Part shown: positions 1-13,892 of the stretch, piece by piece | Layout: every line of letters starts with the position of its first letter | How positions within the stretch are numbered: position 1 is the first letter of the stretch | NCBI GenBank assembly: GCA_028023455.1 | Contig: JAQFVV010000007.1 | Location: 19,716,001 to 19,780,000 of the forward strand | DNA: 64,000 nt | Reading direction: 5' to 3' | Origin: Epiperipatus broadwayi | Lineage: Eukaryota > Animalia > Onychophora | Program-made: the position numbers and the translations under genes | The notes under the pieces: generated by a model | What the model saw: the letters and a program-made list of their open reading frames with translations, nothing else | The model's database searches: none | What the model was told of the DNA's origin: nothing

Positions 1-3000
1 CTGCAGATTGCAGTACATAATGATCTGGGGTCTCATTCTCAGCCTCTACTTTGATATCGCTCTGCCAGAAGATGCGGACATATCCAATCTAAGTTCATTT
101 CAAAGTATTCTTTTAAATGATGAAATATCCACAATCGCCATGAGGCCTTATTTTCGTTATTGTATGCTAGTACCGTTACTTTGCTCATTAACTTGATCAT
201 TTGTCTAATCTTAGTAAAGTCGCAATGATGTGTTAAAGATAAAGATTCATTTCGTAAAATACGTTCAGTATGTTGATCTAAAAACTGCTTTTCTTTAAAA
301 AGCTTTATCGATTCCCAGAGACGTAAATCAATTTGTATAATTCATTCTCATAAATATTGCGCATTGTTTGTTCCTTATGTCTACTTAGTCTAGAGACACC
401 ATGTCCAAACAATGCCTATCAAACATATGTGATGATTTTAAGATTGTAAATAAATGATTGAGACCGTACATTTATATTTATTGGTCAAAATGATTAATGT
501 TAAATTATCGTGTATCTTTCTGTAATCCGAATCTGTTCCAATCTTGTAGATTGTTTGTACATCCACAACATTTTATTTGTAAACACTTGTAAATTGACCT
601 ATTAACCCCGCACAACTTATAACACATTCTATAAAATGGTATTTATTCAATTTGATGTAATGGGGATTTTATAAAACAAATCCCAAGTTTTCAAAATGTA
701 TAAGATCCCTCCAAGCGTGAAACAATTTTGTAACATATATATGCGTTTTCTACATTTATTAAATATATATATTCATGTAAATCCTGGTTTGTTTTGAATT
801 ATTAGTTTCTAGTTAATATTTAGAACTATTTTCGTTGGCTAAGAGCTTAGCATTAATAAATAAGTATAATAAATGTAATTCCTGGGCTACTCCAACCTCG
901 ATCATCATCATCAGTCTGATCTTATGCTCCACCGCTCTGCTTATGGGCACGGATTTAAAATAATTTTACTGTGTCATCAGAATTGTTGTTCATTGGGTCA
1001 GAGATTCGAAGAATAGGCAAATAGGTTAGAATTCAGATTGTTCCAGACCTGTGTATCTCGAGCATGATTGGATTCGAGGTACTTTTGCTTAGGATTTGGA
1101 ACCTTGTTAAGTGAGCATACTGTTTTGACCAGTACAGTATCAAGCATTCATTAATCTACTATCATTCAATATTAAACATTTAACACACAATTTACCACCA
1201 CCATCTCATCTTCTATCAATAGTAGATGAAATACCCAAGCAGATCACCATGTTCCAACCAGTACATGATTCTCAACAAAATATATATAAACTCACATAAA
1301 TATATAACAATATATACAATAAACGCAAAGAATACTTAACTACAAAAAAGAGTAAAATCTGCTTTTCTCAACCTCATACATAGTCTAGAGGTTACATTTG
1401 TTGGGTACTTGGACATTCCCCAACATTAAGAGTCCCCATGGCAATACAAGTTGAAGATGTCACATACACTGGCCAAAACATGATACACCTATTTTTAATC
1501 ACTTTAAGAAAAACTCCAGGAACAAAAAATCTTTACACCAACATATAACTATTTTGTACAACCAAAAACATATGAACCATTTAATCCAGGCCAATTTTTA
1601 GCCAAACTTGCCACAATCAACAACACATGCCACCCCGGAAGAAACAGCATCCCCAAATTTGTTTTTTTTCACTTAAGCCAATTTACTTCACAATATATGA
1701 ATAATCTAGCTAACTACCTACCACAGAAAATTTACAACATTAAAGAACTAAATACAATAGCCATTGTACCTTTTAATAAAAAAAAAATTCCCATATCAAC
1801 ACTCACAAACCTTCAACCTATTTCTATAAGACCATTAGGCATTAAAATCTTGGAAAAGTCATTAAAGACCAAATTGAACAAACATATTTCTCCCACTAAT
1901 CTCACCCTGCCAGTTTTCTAAAAAAAGAGTCATCCATAGGACAGGCTGCTTTACTTTTTAAGACAATTATGATTACAGTACACAAACAAAAAAAGGATGC
2001 ACCAATTGCGGTCCAATTAGGCATCAAAGCAGCTTTTAGATTCAGTGTCAATAAAAATACTTCTGGATAAACTAGTTAACACCACCATCTCTCCTACTCT
2101 ACTCTATGTAATTGCTAATCTTATTCTTAATAGGCAAATTCACATCACACTTAATGGTAAAAAATCCCCTACATTTACCGCAACCCAGTCAATCTCACAA
2201 GGCTCACCATTAAGTTCCCTCCTTTTCACATTTTATATTGAACCTCTTATAAGAAAAATTTAACAAAATATACCAGGAATACAAATTCCTCACACTCAAC
2301 AGTATGATTCATGTTTAGCATACATGGATGACATCACCATCTTTCTAAAATCTTGTAAACAATTTCCAATATTACAGAAGATACTAGGTCAATACACTTC
2401 TGAATTTAAACTAAAATTTAACCTCAGTAAAACAGCTGCTTGGTTCATATATGCAACCAAACCTTATACAACAATCTTTCATGGCAAACCTAATTTTCTT
2501 GGGGTTCCATTTTATATGAGAACTAATGGAATGAGATAAAACATACAAAACAAGTTACTTGAAACTGCAACAAAAATATCAAACTCGCTTTCAAAGGCTT
2601 ACCTTTCTATTTACTCTAAAATCCAATTATTTAACATGCTAATTATTACTGAAATCACATATTTTTGTCCATAATAAAATTTTCAACATTTTACCTCAAA
2701 AATAAAAACGCTTTGCACCAAGCTATTATGGGTCCAGAAAGCTGTTGTTGTATCAGCTAAATGCCTCAGCAGAATACCCACAAACAATGGACTAGGTCTT
2801 CACACTATCAATACATTTCACGTACAGAAAACAGTTAACCTTCTAGCATCAACTATAAGGCAATTCCCTACACTATCATGATTGCTCACAGTTACCCCAA
2901 CAGATACTCCACCACCATCCTCAGAGTATATATCATCATTTATACAATCTGCCAGATCCAGTAAAATAGACATTCAATCTACAAACAAATACACATACTG

Positions 3001-3061
3001 GCAAACCCATAACTTATTATATCCAGATGGTTTACAAGAAACACTAACAACAATGCTAGGA

Positions 3062-3328
3062 AAACAAGGCAAAACTCTCCATACAGTAGTGCCACCCTGT
3101 GCCAACCAGAGTAATCAATGAATTCCAGAAGGCTCCTCACTGACAAAGACCACAAGCCAGAAACTAGTCTGGGGATATTGGATGAGTAGGCACTAGATAG
3201 GGATTTTATGCATAAGCCTTTTGGAATCCATTGATTGCTCTGGTTGGCACATGGTGGCACTACTGTATTGAGAGTTTTGCCTTGTTTAATAACAATTATG
3301 TGCTAGTATAAGAGATAGTGATCATGTT
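3062..3328. mobile_element. Palindromic hammerhead-bearing element, copy 1 (internally deleted), inserted in the LINE
   Basis: ~70-bp inverted ends (aaacaaggcaaaactctccatacagtagtgccacc... / ...ggtggcactactgtattgagagttttgccttgttt) plus a 3' tail. CTAGGA direct repeats flank it (3056-3061, 3329-3334). Removing the insert and one TSD restores the LINE frame (YW...MLG|INNHQLLSRFRKW), with the same spacing as the homolog at 62473-63120. Confidence 0.85.
3135..3174 (+). ncRNA. Type I minimal hammerhead ribozyme motif (degenerate core)
   Basis: CCTCA-CTGACAA-agaccacaagcca-GAAA-CTAG-TC-TGGGG. Stem I is CCUCA/UGGGG and stem III is the palindromic ACTAGT. The core G8 is mutated and stem II is broken. 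Confidence 0.65.
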
Positions 3329-4082
3329 CTAGGAATTAACAACCATCAATTACTTAGCAGGTTCAGGAAATGGTCATTGGAACCAAAATATTTTGATTTC
3401 ATTTTGAAAATAAATCTACATGCACTACCAATATCATATTTTCTTCCCTACAGATGTCTATACACCAGTATTAATCCATTCTGCAATCTTTGTCATACAA
3501 CAGAGGAAACACAATAACACATATTTTATACTTGCCCAGCTCTATCAAACGCACAAAGTCTTGATAGATACCTATCAACACAAAAACATCTCAATAATAA
3601 ATATCATGCAATCATAAGAAATCTTCTACACCCACAGTATGGGCAGTTACATTTCTATTATATGCATACTGGTGCACTCATTGTACCTTCATATTCAAAA
3701 ATATTACAAGATGACATCCGGCTACCTTTACAAACAACTGTAACAATTAAGGACATGAGATTTTACAATTAATCCTCCAGATATTGTAGCTGCAACATGG
3801 TCACTCATAAAACAATCCTCCAATCTATAATCAGAATACACTAGCTCAAATAACCAACATACATTCACAGATCCATATCCATAACTATTTATCTTGCCCA
3901 TTCATCAAGCCATCTTCCAAGAAAAAACTTACAAGAAACTATGAAAGTACAAAAAAATTCACAAATATAGAACTATATTAATATACAAACTTAACCCATG
4001 ATTGCACTTGTAACATGATGCAATCAAACTTGTAAAACTAATGTAACTTTTTTGAATTATCAATAAAGATGTATCTTTGAAA

Positions 4083-4107
4083 CATCGTCATCATCATTAT
4101 CATCATC

Positions 4108-4164
<57 letters not shown>

Positions 4165-4200
4165 TAATAATAATAATAGTAATAAATAATAATAATAATA
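4083..4200. repeat. (CAT)n grading into (AAT)n microsatellite at the LINE 3' end
   Basis: Seen directly. Confidence 0.97.
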
Positions 4201-4279
4201 TACAATTTTAATGCACAAATCAGCGCATAACAGCAGAGCTTCTTCAAATTAAATCACAATTTATTATAAACTTAATATA

Positions 4280-4496
<217 letters not shown>

Positions 4497-5010
4497 TACT
4501 TTGTATCACTAGATATACTTCCTGCCTTGGAAACAGCACCAGGCATCCAGCTAACTTTTCTAATAGGCTCAAATAACTGAAGGCCAAAGATGGCAAAATT
4601 TCACACCCAGATATTTTTGCTGCTACATGGTCACTATTAAAAACCCAAGCAAGACAATAACCTCAAACAACCAAATGACTTTTGCTGTAACTAAAACAAT
4701 TTTTTTGTCACATATCGCATTTTCAACAATCTTTTGATCACTACATTTGTGTATTGAATAGTCCAAAGGATATACTTAATTCAATCAAAAATAGGATTTT
4801 GAATCTGATGAACTAAACCCTCAGATGAGAAAATTAGAACCATAGACAAATACACAGTTTACAAGTTTACATTTTTCAGACACCTGCCTAAGAATTTATT
4901 TAGACTGTACCAATAATATACATTTGTTTTGTTTTGAAGTTATTTGGTTTCCAACCATGGATTTCTAAAAATGTAATTTTTTATGTACATTAAATGTATT
5001 TTTAATTATT
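4497..5010 (+). mobile_element. Short 3' fragment of a related Tx1/L1-clade LINE
   Basis: Encodes ...TPDIFAATWSLLKTQARQ* (~4605-4660), matching the family C-terminus IVxATWSLIK. It begins immediately after (AAT)n. The 3' limit is approximate. Confidence 0.6.
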
Positions 5011-5680
5011 ATATATACTAAGTTAAGTTGCTTATTCACAGCTTATAATGTAACTTTTAGCTGGTGGAACCAGTCAAATCTTTTTCATAGGAAACATTAT
5101 AACTACTTATTTTTTATGTGATATTCTTGCTTAATGATGAGTTTTGGGGGGAGCCTATGATTTTGATAAGTGGGGTAAAGGTGTACTATTATAAAATGTT
5201 ATTTGAAAGTAACGTTGTTTAAAAATTACTTTCATTTAAAACGTTGTTTTGTCAATTAATAATAAGCCTATACAATAATGGTTTTACTTAAATTATCACT
5301 AAGTTTATATTTAAATTTTCATATCAAATATATTGTCATTAAAATTAAATGGAGATAGCATTTCTATGTTTGAGGGATTCCAACTAGTTTTCAGATCGCG
5401 GATAATAATGTTTATTAACAGAAACATAGTAGAGGATGTTTCATTAAATGTTGTTATTTAAAAGATTGTAGAAAATTTATATGGAAAGTATGTTAAAATT
5501 AATATTAACATTATATATAAAATGACTTGAATTCTAGAAAATGTAAAATCATAATTCCATCTATTAATTTGTAATTGAAAACAAAAGATATTAAAACATC
5601 ACAGTTTATTTGGCTAGCTACAGTTGTAAATTATTATGTTTGAGAAAATACTGCATAAAGTGAAAGACAAGTTTAATATA

Positions 5681-6143
5681 AACAAAGCAAAACTCTCCAT
5701 ACAGTAGTGCCACCCTGTGCCAACCAGAGTAATCAATGAATGCCAGAAGGCTTGTGCATAAAATCCTTATCTAATGCCTACTCATCCAATATCCCCAGAC
5801 TAGTTTCTGGTTTGTGGCCATCATCAATGAGGAGCTTTGGATCTGAGAGCACTGCACCTAGATCTTAGGATCCAATGCAACCACCTTTTATCTCTACTTA
5901 ACTACAAAACTATGAGAATAAAATTGAAAACACAAAAATATTTTCAATCTAAGCTCAATAGCTTATATAGTCATATGGGTCTGAACTCAGTTCAGCACTC
6001 ATACATTTTGGTGTCTTTGATTACTCTGGTTGACACAAGGTGGCACTACTGTATGGAGAGTTTTGCTTTGTTTATAAACAATTAAGTGCTCGTATAAGAG
6101 ATAGTGATCATGTGATGCTTAATAGTTTAAGTCTAATATAGGT
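5681..6143. mobile_element. Palindromic hammerhead-bearing element, copy 2 (right arm mostly deleted)
   Basis: Same left terminus, central loop (aaacacaaaaatattttcaatctaagctca), right terminal inverted segment and 3' tail (ataaacaattaagtgctcgtataagagatagtgatcatg) as copies 1 and 3. Confidence 0.85.
5793..5832 (-). ncRNA. Type I minimal hammerhead ribozyme motif
   Basis: Minus strand reads CCTCA-TTGATGA-TGGccacaaaCCA-GAAA-CTAG-TC-TGGGG. Stems I, II and III are intact; the core has a single C3U change. Confidence 0.75.
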
Positions 6144-6529
6144 GGCTCCATTGCACAAATTCCAGTGTTTCAACTATTTATGAATTCATAAGCAAGAAAC
6201 TATTCAATTATTATTTTTAAAAAGATTAAAAAACAATATAACGTAAATCAAAATGGTAACATTAATTATTCAAGTTAATGAAATACACCAAATGCTGAAA
6301 TTCAAGTTCCTGACACTAATAGATCTTTTTTGCAATAAAATATGTTACCTTTGTATATAAATTCAGACTGTTTTTAAGTTGAATAAACAGTATTATATGT
6401 GTTATAACAATTCTAATAAGGGGGATCAGTAGGTAAATATGGATGAATGCAGGCATAAAAAAAAGAATACAGACTTTTCAAATTAAAAAAAAAATGTATT
6501 TATGAATAAGTTTTAAAAACAATCGGAAT

Positions 6530-6860
6530 AAAAGCAGACATGAAAACACGCATATACGAAAAATAGAATACAGACAGAATACCAATAGATCAAACAAGCT
6601 CTTAATAAGTGTGGTAAGATAAAATATTTAAAATCTCTATCCGAAATACTCTCATCCCCAGACCAGTTGGTTTTGAGCTTATGCCTCACCTCAGTGAGGA
6701 GCTAGAAATATTCAGACATTAGATCTAAAATATCAACTCAAACACAGCACTTATTTTATATATATTACTGAGTTATTGGTATGCTCTCTGTATTACATTT
6801 TTGTAAATACAAGCTTAAAAAACCAATGGCACATTATATATGACTTGCTTTAAATGTCAC
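6530..6860 (-). mobile_element. Penelope-like terminal-repeat (pLTR) fragment
   Basis: Non-coding segment surrounding a hammerhead motif that shares stem I with the palindromic family. Boundaries are approximate. Confidence 0.45.
6656..6699 (-). ncRNA. Type I hammerhead ribozyme motif, related family with a longer stem III (degenerate)
   Basis: Minus strand reads CCTCA-CTGAggTGA-GGCataaGCTC-AAAA-CCAactGG-TC-TGGGG. There is a 2-nt core insertion and GAAA is changed to AAAA. Confidence 0.6.
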
Positions 6861-6889
6861 GTTATATATATATGACTTGCTTTATTGAT

Positions 6890-7195
6890 AAAAATAGAAA
6901 TATTTTTTTTATATATTAAATGCTTTTATTTACTGTGCACTAAAAATAAAGAAATAACTGCTTCTTCAATCACAATTGGGGAGTTTAGATTTAACTTGAA
7001 ATAAAAGCATAGGGGGTCCAGAAATTAATTAAGTTAATATTGATTTAATTTCTGCCCCCCCCCCCTTCTGAGCTTTTATTTCAAGGTAAATCTAACAACT
7101 TCATTTGTGGTTGAAGAAACAATTATTTTATTTCTTTTTAATACATAGTTGATAAAAGCATTTAATATTAAAAAAATTATTTCTGTTATTTTTAA
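6890..7195. mobile_element. Foldback MITE-like palindrome
   Basis: ~120-bp imperfect inverted arms (…ttcttcaatcacaattggggagtttagatttaacttgaaataaaagc / gcttttatttcaaggtaaatctaacaacttcatttgtggttgaagaa…) around a spacer containing a C-run. Confidence 0.7.
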
Positions 7196-8242
7196 GAAAT
7201 TAGTATCAGCACATTAAATGAAAATGTAAAATTATATTGTACTTTCAATTGACTGGATACTTATATATATATATTGCCCATTTATTAAGGATAGGTAGGT
7301 TATAAAAGTACAATTTCCTAAAAAAAAAAAATTTAAGGAATTATAAAAGCTATAATTATGATTGTATTGATTTAAAAGGACTTGAATTTGGTTAAATAAT
7401 CCCATAAGTAAGTTATAAAGTATTGTAAAACTATTCTAACCATAAAATTAAATGGCAAAAGCAGTATAATTTAATATTTTAAGGTAAAGCAGGTTAATAT
7501 CAGTTATATCTAAAATATATATTTAGTATTCTACTTAATAAGTATGTTGATAAATCAATATAATTTAAATGTAGTTATTAATAATTGAATTAATTGGTTT
7601 GATTGATTATTTATTTAAGTTAAAGTTGTTTAATATTTTTGTAATAGTTATTAATAATATTGTATGGTGTGCTAAATGTTTCAATTTTATTTGGTATCAT
7701 ATAATAAATATCAAAATTAATATTTTAAATTACATTATTATATTAAATATTTTATATAATACATTTTTTAAATTAAATATTCATTTAAAATATATTACAA
7801 ACAGTAAGTTAAAATTTGCTACATTATGTCTAGGATGGTTGTCACATGACTCCCTAATAAATAAGTGTGTGTGAAGTGCTTTCCAGAATTTAAAAGAAAG
7901 TTTCAATTATATTCTAAATTTATTAATGAAATTGATACATTTGAACATTATAGAATAATATTTAAATAATATTTCAACTGATAAAAAGCAATCTAAAATA
8001 GGCACATTAAATTAAATATTTGGTTGACTATTAGTAAATTGTATTATTTAAAAATATTTTTATCGAATGAATAGAGTTGTGAATATTTTAAATATCAAAT
8101 ATTTTATTTTATTTTTATTATTAAAACATGACTCATAATTTTATTTTTACTTTTTAAAACTACCAAATTTAGTTATTATGTAAATTTGTTGATTTGTCTG
8201 GCTCTATTTGTCCAATAAGATATCTTGATAGAAAAGATAGGT

Positions 8243-8430
<188 letters not shown>

Positions 8431-11400
8431 AAATATTGCTTATTTAAATGATAATACCTTGGAATGAAGAACTGCATTAATTTTAAGGAACTATTGTATA
8501 TATTTCTTTCAGAAATCTTTGCCATGTTTAAGTTAAATATTTTGACCAGAAGCTTCGCGCAGAATACTGGCCCATCAGATAAATAGTATACATATGTTTA
8601 ATGGATAGCTAGTGCAGAGAAAGCTGAAATTAGGAACTAAAGTTTATTGTATTTTTATTTTTGTTTATTATTGTTTTTTTTTTTAAAAAAAGAACAGGAA
8701 AATATTTTATTCTATATTTTCTTTATAAATGTGTGTAATACTGTTTGGTATAAAATATGCTAGGTAATTTAATTTATATAATTTTAGTCTTAATGGGTTT
8801 ATTAGAATGTGTAGGCATCCTATCATTCTCAGGTAATATTATTAGTATTACATGTGATAAGCGTTTAACAAGTTAACATATATTTTAGTCATTCTTATCC
8901 CATGGAGATTTTCATATCTCACTGTTAGCTAATTTGAATGTATTATGACAGGCACACTTCATATGGCCAAACATAAGATGGTATTACATAAGAAAATGGC
9001 ATAAATATGTAATAAAGCCATTAAAGGGGGTGTGTATACCATCTATATAAATTTTAATCAAGTCAGATTATAAAATAAGTGAGAGATGTCTGTGGATATA
9101 TCATATACTCGCACACACAAGAAAAGCCAGTAGTTAAGGCTTATAATTTGAAGTATTAGCATATTAGCTATATGCTTATAATTTATTTTTATTATTATTT
9201 TATGTTCATTTTTTTTATAAATGCAAAGATGTGTATGCGTAATTTGTATGTATAATTTTTGTTGTTGTTGTTGTTGTTTGTTAAATGCTTGTGAAAAGAA
9301 AGAGAAATGGTAATATTTAAAATTCCAACATATAGGTAATTTTAAATCAAAAGTTGTACTAGATATTTTTCTCTACAAACTCATTGTTTTAAATTTAAGA
9401 AAATCCTAAAGGCAAGTATATTTTAATAGATAAGTAATTTTGTTTCTTCCTTTTTTGTGTTTTAATTAACAAATATTTCAACTCAACAAAAGAGTTCATT
9501 AAAATTTATGTTAATGCGGGTGGGGAAAGATATCTAATTTAATTAAAATAATATTTTAAGTGGAATCTGATTATCGGAAAATAACTTATATAATCCAACT
9601 TTTTTTTGTTTGTGTATGTTGAATCAGAGTAGATTATCAATTGAATTAAAAATAAATAAATTCTTGAGATTAATTAGTGGATGTCATAGGAATGCTTCGC
9701 GCATTGTATGAATCCACTAACAAAAGTCAAATTTAATTAATTAAATGTGTTTCAGAGAGGTACCTATATGGGGATTGTAATGAGTGGGCTATTTAAGCTG
9801 TTCACCAGGTGATTCAAACACTTACAATTGGGCACAGGCATTCAATTGGGCACAGACAGTCAAGCAGTCACTAAGTCAATCGGTCGTTAAGTCAATCATT
9901 CACTCACTCATGCTAACTTTTTGGATTTATCTGAACTTGCTCATTTGAACTTAGAGAAGTCCCAGTTCTAATTATTTTTCTTAAACCATGCTGACGTAAA
10001 TTTCAAGATGGTTTCCAGTTAGACAATTCGTATTAGTGCAGTAGAGAACTGTGTTTGTGGGAAGGTGTTGGTATTTGAAAACCCAAAGTAAAAGAATCAT
10101 CACCACTGCTGTAGAAAACAAAAAGAAAGCCCTACTGTTAGTTGATAATCGTTAACCAAAGAGGAAATTTGTAATTAAACCTCTAGCACAAATGTACTCA
10201 CGTCAGTGAAATGGCCATGGGGTAGGAACCCCCAGTCAGTGTGCCCATCCAGCTCTGCTCCTGCCATCAGCAATGTCTCCTAAATCCAGTCATCAAGATA
10301 TCATGAGAGCTGATGAACAATACCAGAAATGTTTCCTAAATCCATCCACCAAATGATAATGAAAGCAGCTGAATGATACCATATTAAAGAGAAGTCCCTG
10401 CCATCTTGGATGAAGATACGTGGCCTACTCAAAACCCAGAGAAGTATGACAGAGACTATGTGGTACCCTTCTCAATGTTATTATTATATATTTTTTTATT
10501 ATTCTAATAATTTCATACAAATATCAATGTAATAAATCTTTTATTGGTGCATTTCTCTCATTAAGATAATATTTTACTTACTATTCAGGGTTTACGAAAT
10601 GTATTCATGTGCGAGTTATGAACCTCAGACCACTTTCTCACTAGTTGATTTTTTATAATTTTACATTTTCTTTCTTTGTCAATAGATCTATAATACTCTC
10701 ATATATATATAAAATTTATTATGCATAGGGGTTATTATTATATTTATTTTGAGAATTGGTGAAGGGATTCAATAAACAATTATTTAACATTTATAAAACT
10801 ACCTTACTGCTTTGAGAATTTATTCATATTTCTTTCTCTATCATAATAAGACACTTAGATAATTGCATGGGTTTTAGCTTCCCATTTCTTTACCTGAGAT
10901 AAAGAGAATGATGAGCTGGCATATGGGATACTCCCTTATTGAAATTTAAATCTTTGGTCATTTGGTGTTTATTTCTATTAGATTTCGTTTGATTCCTTTT
11001 ATTTCATGTTATTGTTGGCCTTATATATCCTTTCAGGAGGGGGAATTAATCTTTTTTTTTCTGGGAATCGTGCGAAGGATTGAAATTAAAGAAATCTTTC
11101 TAAGGTATGTAAGAGTCAATGCTTTTATAAACGTACCGATGACTGTTTCAAACCGATCATAAAAAAGATTTGAAATTACTTCCTATCCTGGCATGCTGCC
11201 ATATTTTTTTCATGTTCGATATGTGCACATGCTCACCTTATCAGGGTAGGAATGAACCAGTATAGTATGGTACTTTACTCAGTTATATGTAAAACAGCCC
11301 AAAAAGTTATCAGAAAGTTTTCCATTCATTTTTTTTATATAAATGTGACATTAATAATAATCATTAAGATTTTTTTATATCTATGTACTAAGAATTAATT

Positions 11401-11699
11401 TTCTCACACTTAATTCACAGTCTTATTAACGTCCACTAGCCACTATAGTTTAATATTTAATATTTTGTTGTGTGTGCATTGTACTTTTGCCTATAATTTT
11501 ATATGTGTTTAATATTCTTAAGTAGTTCTATTAATAGTCGTTTGACATAATTTGCATTGTTGGTTCTGACATTGATTAATATGCATTGTAATTTAAAATT
11601 CTTGAAAATGACTTTGGTCAGTTAAAGTGATATTGGTATCTTACTGTTAGTTTAGTATTTGTTGGCTCCAAAAAGCTTTGGTCTTATTGATTATTACTA

Positions 11700-12200
11700 G
11701 GAGTAGACAAAGTCCTCTATCCTTATTTTATTGCTTTTGTGATAGTGTTTATTCCCAGTGATGATTATCATATATTAGGTATTTGTATTTTCAGTGATTG
11801 TAATCACATATTTTGAAGGTGTTTAGATCCCTGGAGAAGATCATATATTTCCTGGTTGTCTTTCCTATTTCTGATGCACTGTGACAAGCTCAGGCATCTT
11901 CTTTTCTGCCTCAAAGATAGGTATTTTGGAAGCCACCACAGTTTTACTAAGTTGTTCAGCTCTGCAGAGTATATATGTATTTTTGGCCTATCCCTCATGA
12001 TGTATTAATGCTGTTTTCCACCAGAGTAGGTGAGGTTACATGTGTTTTGGATATGTTATGACAAGATATGTTTGTTTGAGAAACTCTGTTTCTTCAGGTT
12101 GTATTTAGCTATTTTAATGCTTAAAGGTATATCAATGTCTGCATTGTGCTGTTATGATAGTTTTATCATCCACAAACCAACCAACAATAATTTATATTTA
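11700..12200 (-). mobile_element. Possible highly decayed LINE 3' remnant (CR1/L2/Jockey-like)
   Basis: One minus frame gives SRDLNTFKICDYNH, resembling the SLNxFKxxLD terminal motif of these LINEs. The frame is otherwise full of stops. Confidence 0.25.
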
Positions 12201-13892
12201 TTTTTAAGTATGTAGATTTATGCATATGGATATAAGTTGCAATTCACACATACTAAGTAAATAATATGTTCATCCAGAGTTTTTCACCAAGGGAAATGTA
12301 AGTTCTTCAATTCCCAATTTAAAACAATTGGTGTAATAATTTTATATGGACAAGAATTTCTTAAAGTGTGTGTATAAATTACCTCTGATGAGTGGCTCAT
12401 GCATCTAACCTAATTTAATTTTAATTTAATTTAAATTTACTTAAATACTTTCTAGCTATAATTCTAAATAATGGAAAAGTAACTAATTATAATTTTAAAA
12501 TTTATGCTGTATATGCTAGCCCTGGCACATCTTTTGCTTAGCTTATTGTATTAAATATGAATAGATTAGTTTGTTATTCTGGTTTCTAAATCTTACCACA
12601 GTATTATAAAATGTATCAGTAAAAAAAATAGCAAGTTATGTTTGTTAAGCTTATGCTATTATAATGAAAATAAAGAGATTTTAGAACTCTTAATATTTTA
12701 AGGAGTTTATTTGGATAGACTTAAATATTTAATTAGTCTCTGTTCACTCTTGTAATTATTTTTTTATTATTATTAAAATAAACAGTTGGAAAAGAGTCAA
12801 TGAGGTATAATCAGTTATTTTATTTGACTAAAATTTTGCAATTTAGTGTAAGTCAAAGAAATATTGTTAGTCAAAAATATTTAAAGATAACAGCTGTATC
12901 TTGGCAATGTTTTTCTTAATTTTGTAAATATTTATTGTTATATTATTAATAAATCAAATTTGCTATTATTTTAAAAGTTCAGTTTCTGTTTGTTTTTCTT
13001 TTATATGCTATTGTCTTGAGTTCCAAAAGTAAGTTCACAAAGTTCACAAGCTATACAGAGTATTTTATACTGGGTTAAATTATATAAAACCATGCTTATC
13101 ATTGTGATTCTCAGATTGAATCTCATTAACAGATAATCACATATTCACAGATACCTGTATAATGTTTATTTTAAGATTGATTTTAAGTATTATCTTCTCA
13201 GACTGAAGATTATACAATATAAGATGAAGACTATTAGTGATTCAGAAGATTATTTACTATGTTTCAAACTGCACATTGTCTTGTATATTTTTAAAAATTG
13301 AAATCCATCTGCATTTAATTTCATAAGAAGGTTGTCTGTAGTAGGTGTAAAGGCATAAAAAGCACCCTTGTCCTTTTCCCAGCTCAAGTGATGTCCTAGG
13401 TAATAGGCCATAATTAGTTTAAATTTAGATTAATTAATCAAATTTTTAAATTAATATATTTTTTATGCTACGATTTAATAAAAGATAGTTATCTTACCTT
13501 GGGGAGGCAGTCATTACAAGTGTAGTGCTTGCATCCTATGGTCAGCCAAGATATCACTCACTTGTTTATTCATCCAAGCAATCGATTATTAAGCAACATT
13601 AACTTTTATCTTTCACAAGAGTTTAGTTGAAATCCCTGAGATTGTTTACTCTTGTTGTCATTGTTAATATGGTTTAGTGAGATAGTCCTTTAACAAAGTG
13701 TCATTTGTTTTATTCAGAGTATATAATCTGATAGGGGGCTCACTCTAATAACTGTTAAATAATGATTTAAAATGTCCTTTATATTATTTATGTTATATTA
13801 TTGAACATGCCACAATAGTTATTTGCATTGGTGTTAGATTTTGTCTCTATCTGATTGTACATCTCTGTAACATCATTCGTCCTTGATTTTAT

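Larger units (their letters stand above)
1150..4083 (+). mobile_element. 5'-truncated, decayed Tx1/L1-clade non-LTR retrotransposon (RT, C-terminus, 3'UTR)
   Basis: ORF fragments give RT motifs PISIRPLGIKILEK (1697 ORF), QGSPLSSLLFTFYIEPL (2045 ORF) and YMDD (~2321). The C-terminus (KWSLEPKYFDFILKINL ... IVAATWSLIK) is homologous to the LINEs at 50-63 kb. It has many stops and frameshifts. It ends AATAAAGATGTATCTTTGAAA and then (CAT)n/(AAT)n. Confidence 0.9.

Noticed and set aside
10310-10335. Additional hammerhead candidates (CTGATGA at 4805, 10310, 12385; CTGATAAG on the minus strand at ~11210-11245)
   Set aside because: Each lacks a pairable stem II, a correctly placed GAAA or a stem I.
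9777-10470. Solo LTR or ncRNA cluster with short internal repeats
   Set aside because: It starts TGTAATG and contains small duplications (aattgggcacag x2; tcctaaatcca x2), but no matching CA end, TSD or convincing structure was found.
13488-13520. U1 snRNA-like start (atcttaccttgggg)
   Set aside because: Similarity stops after ~10 nt, with no U1 stem-loops or Sm site.
13569-13592. LIIDCLDE Walker-B/NACHT-like motif on the minus strand
   Set aside because: It is surrounded by stops and no Walker A motif was found, so it is probably chance.
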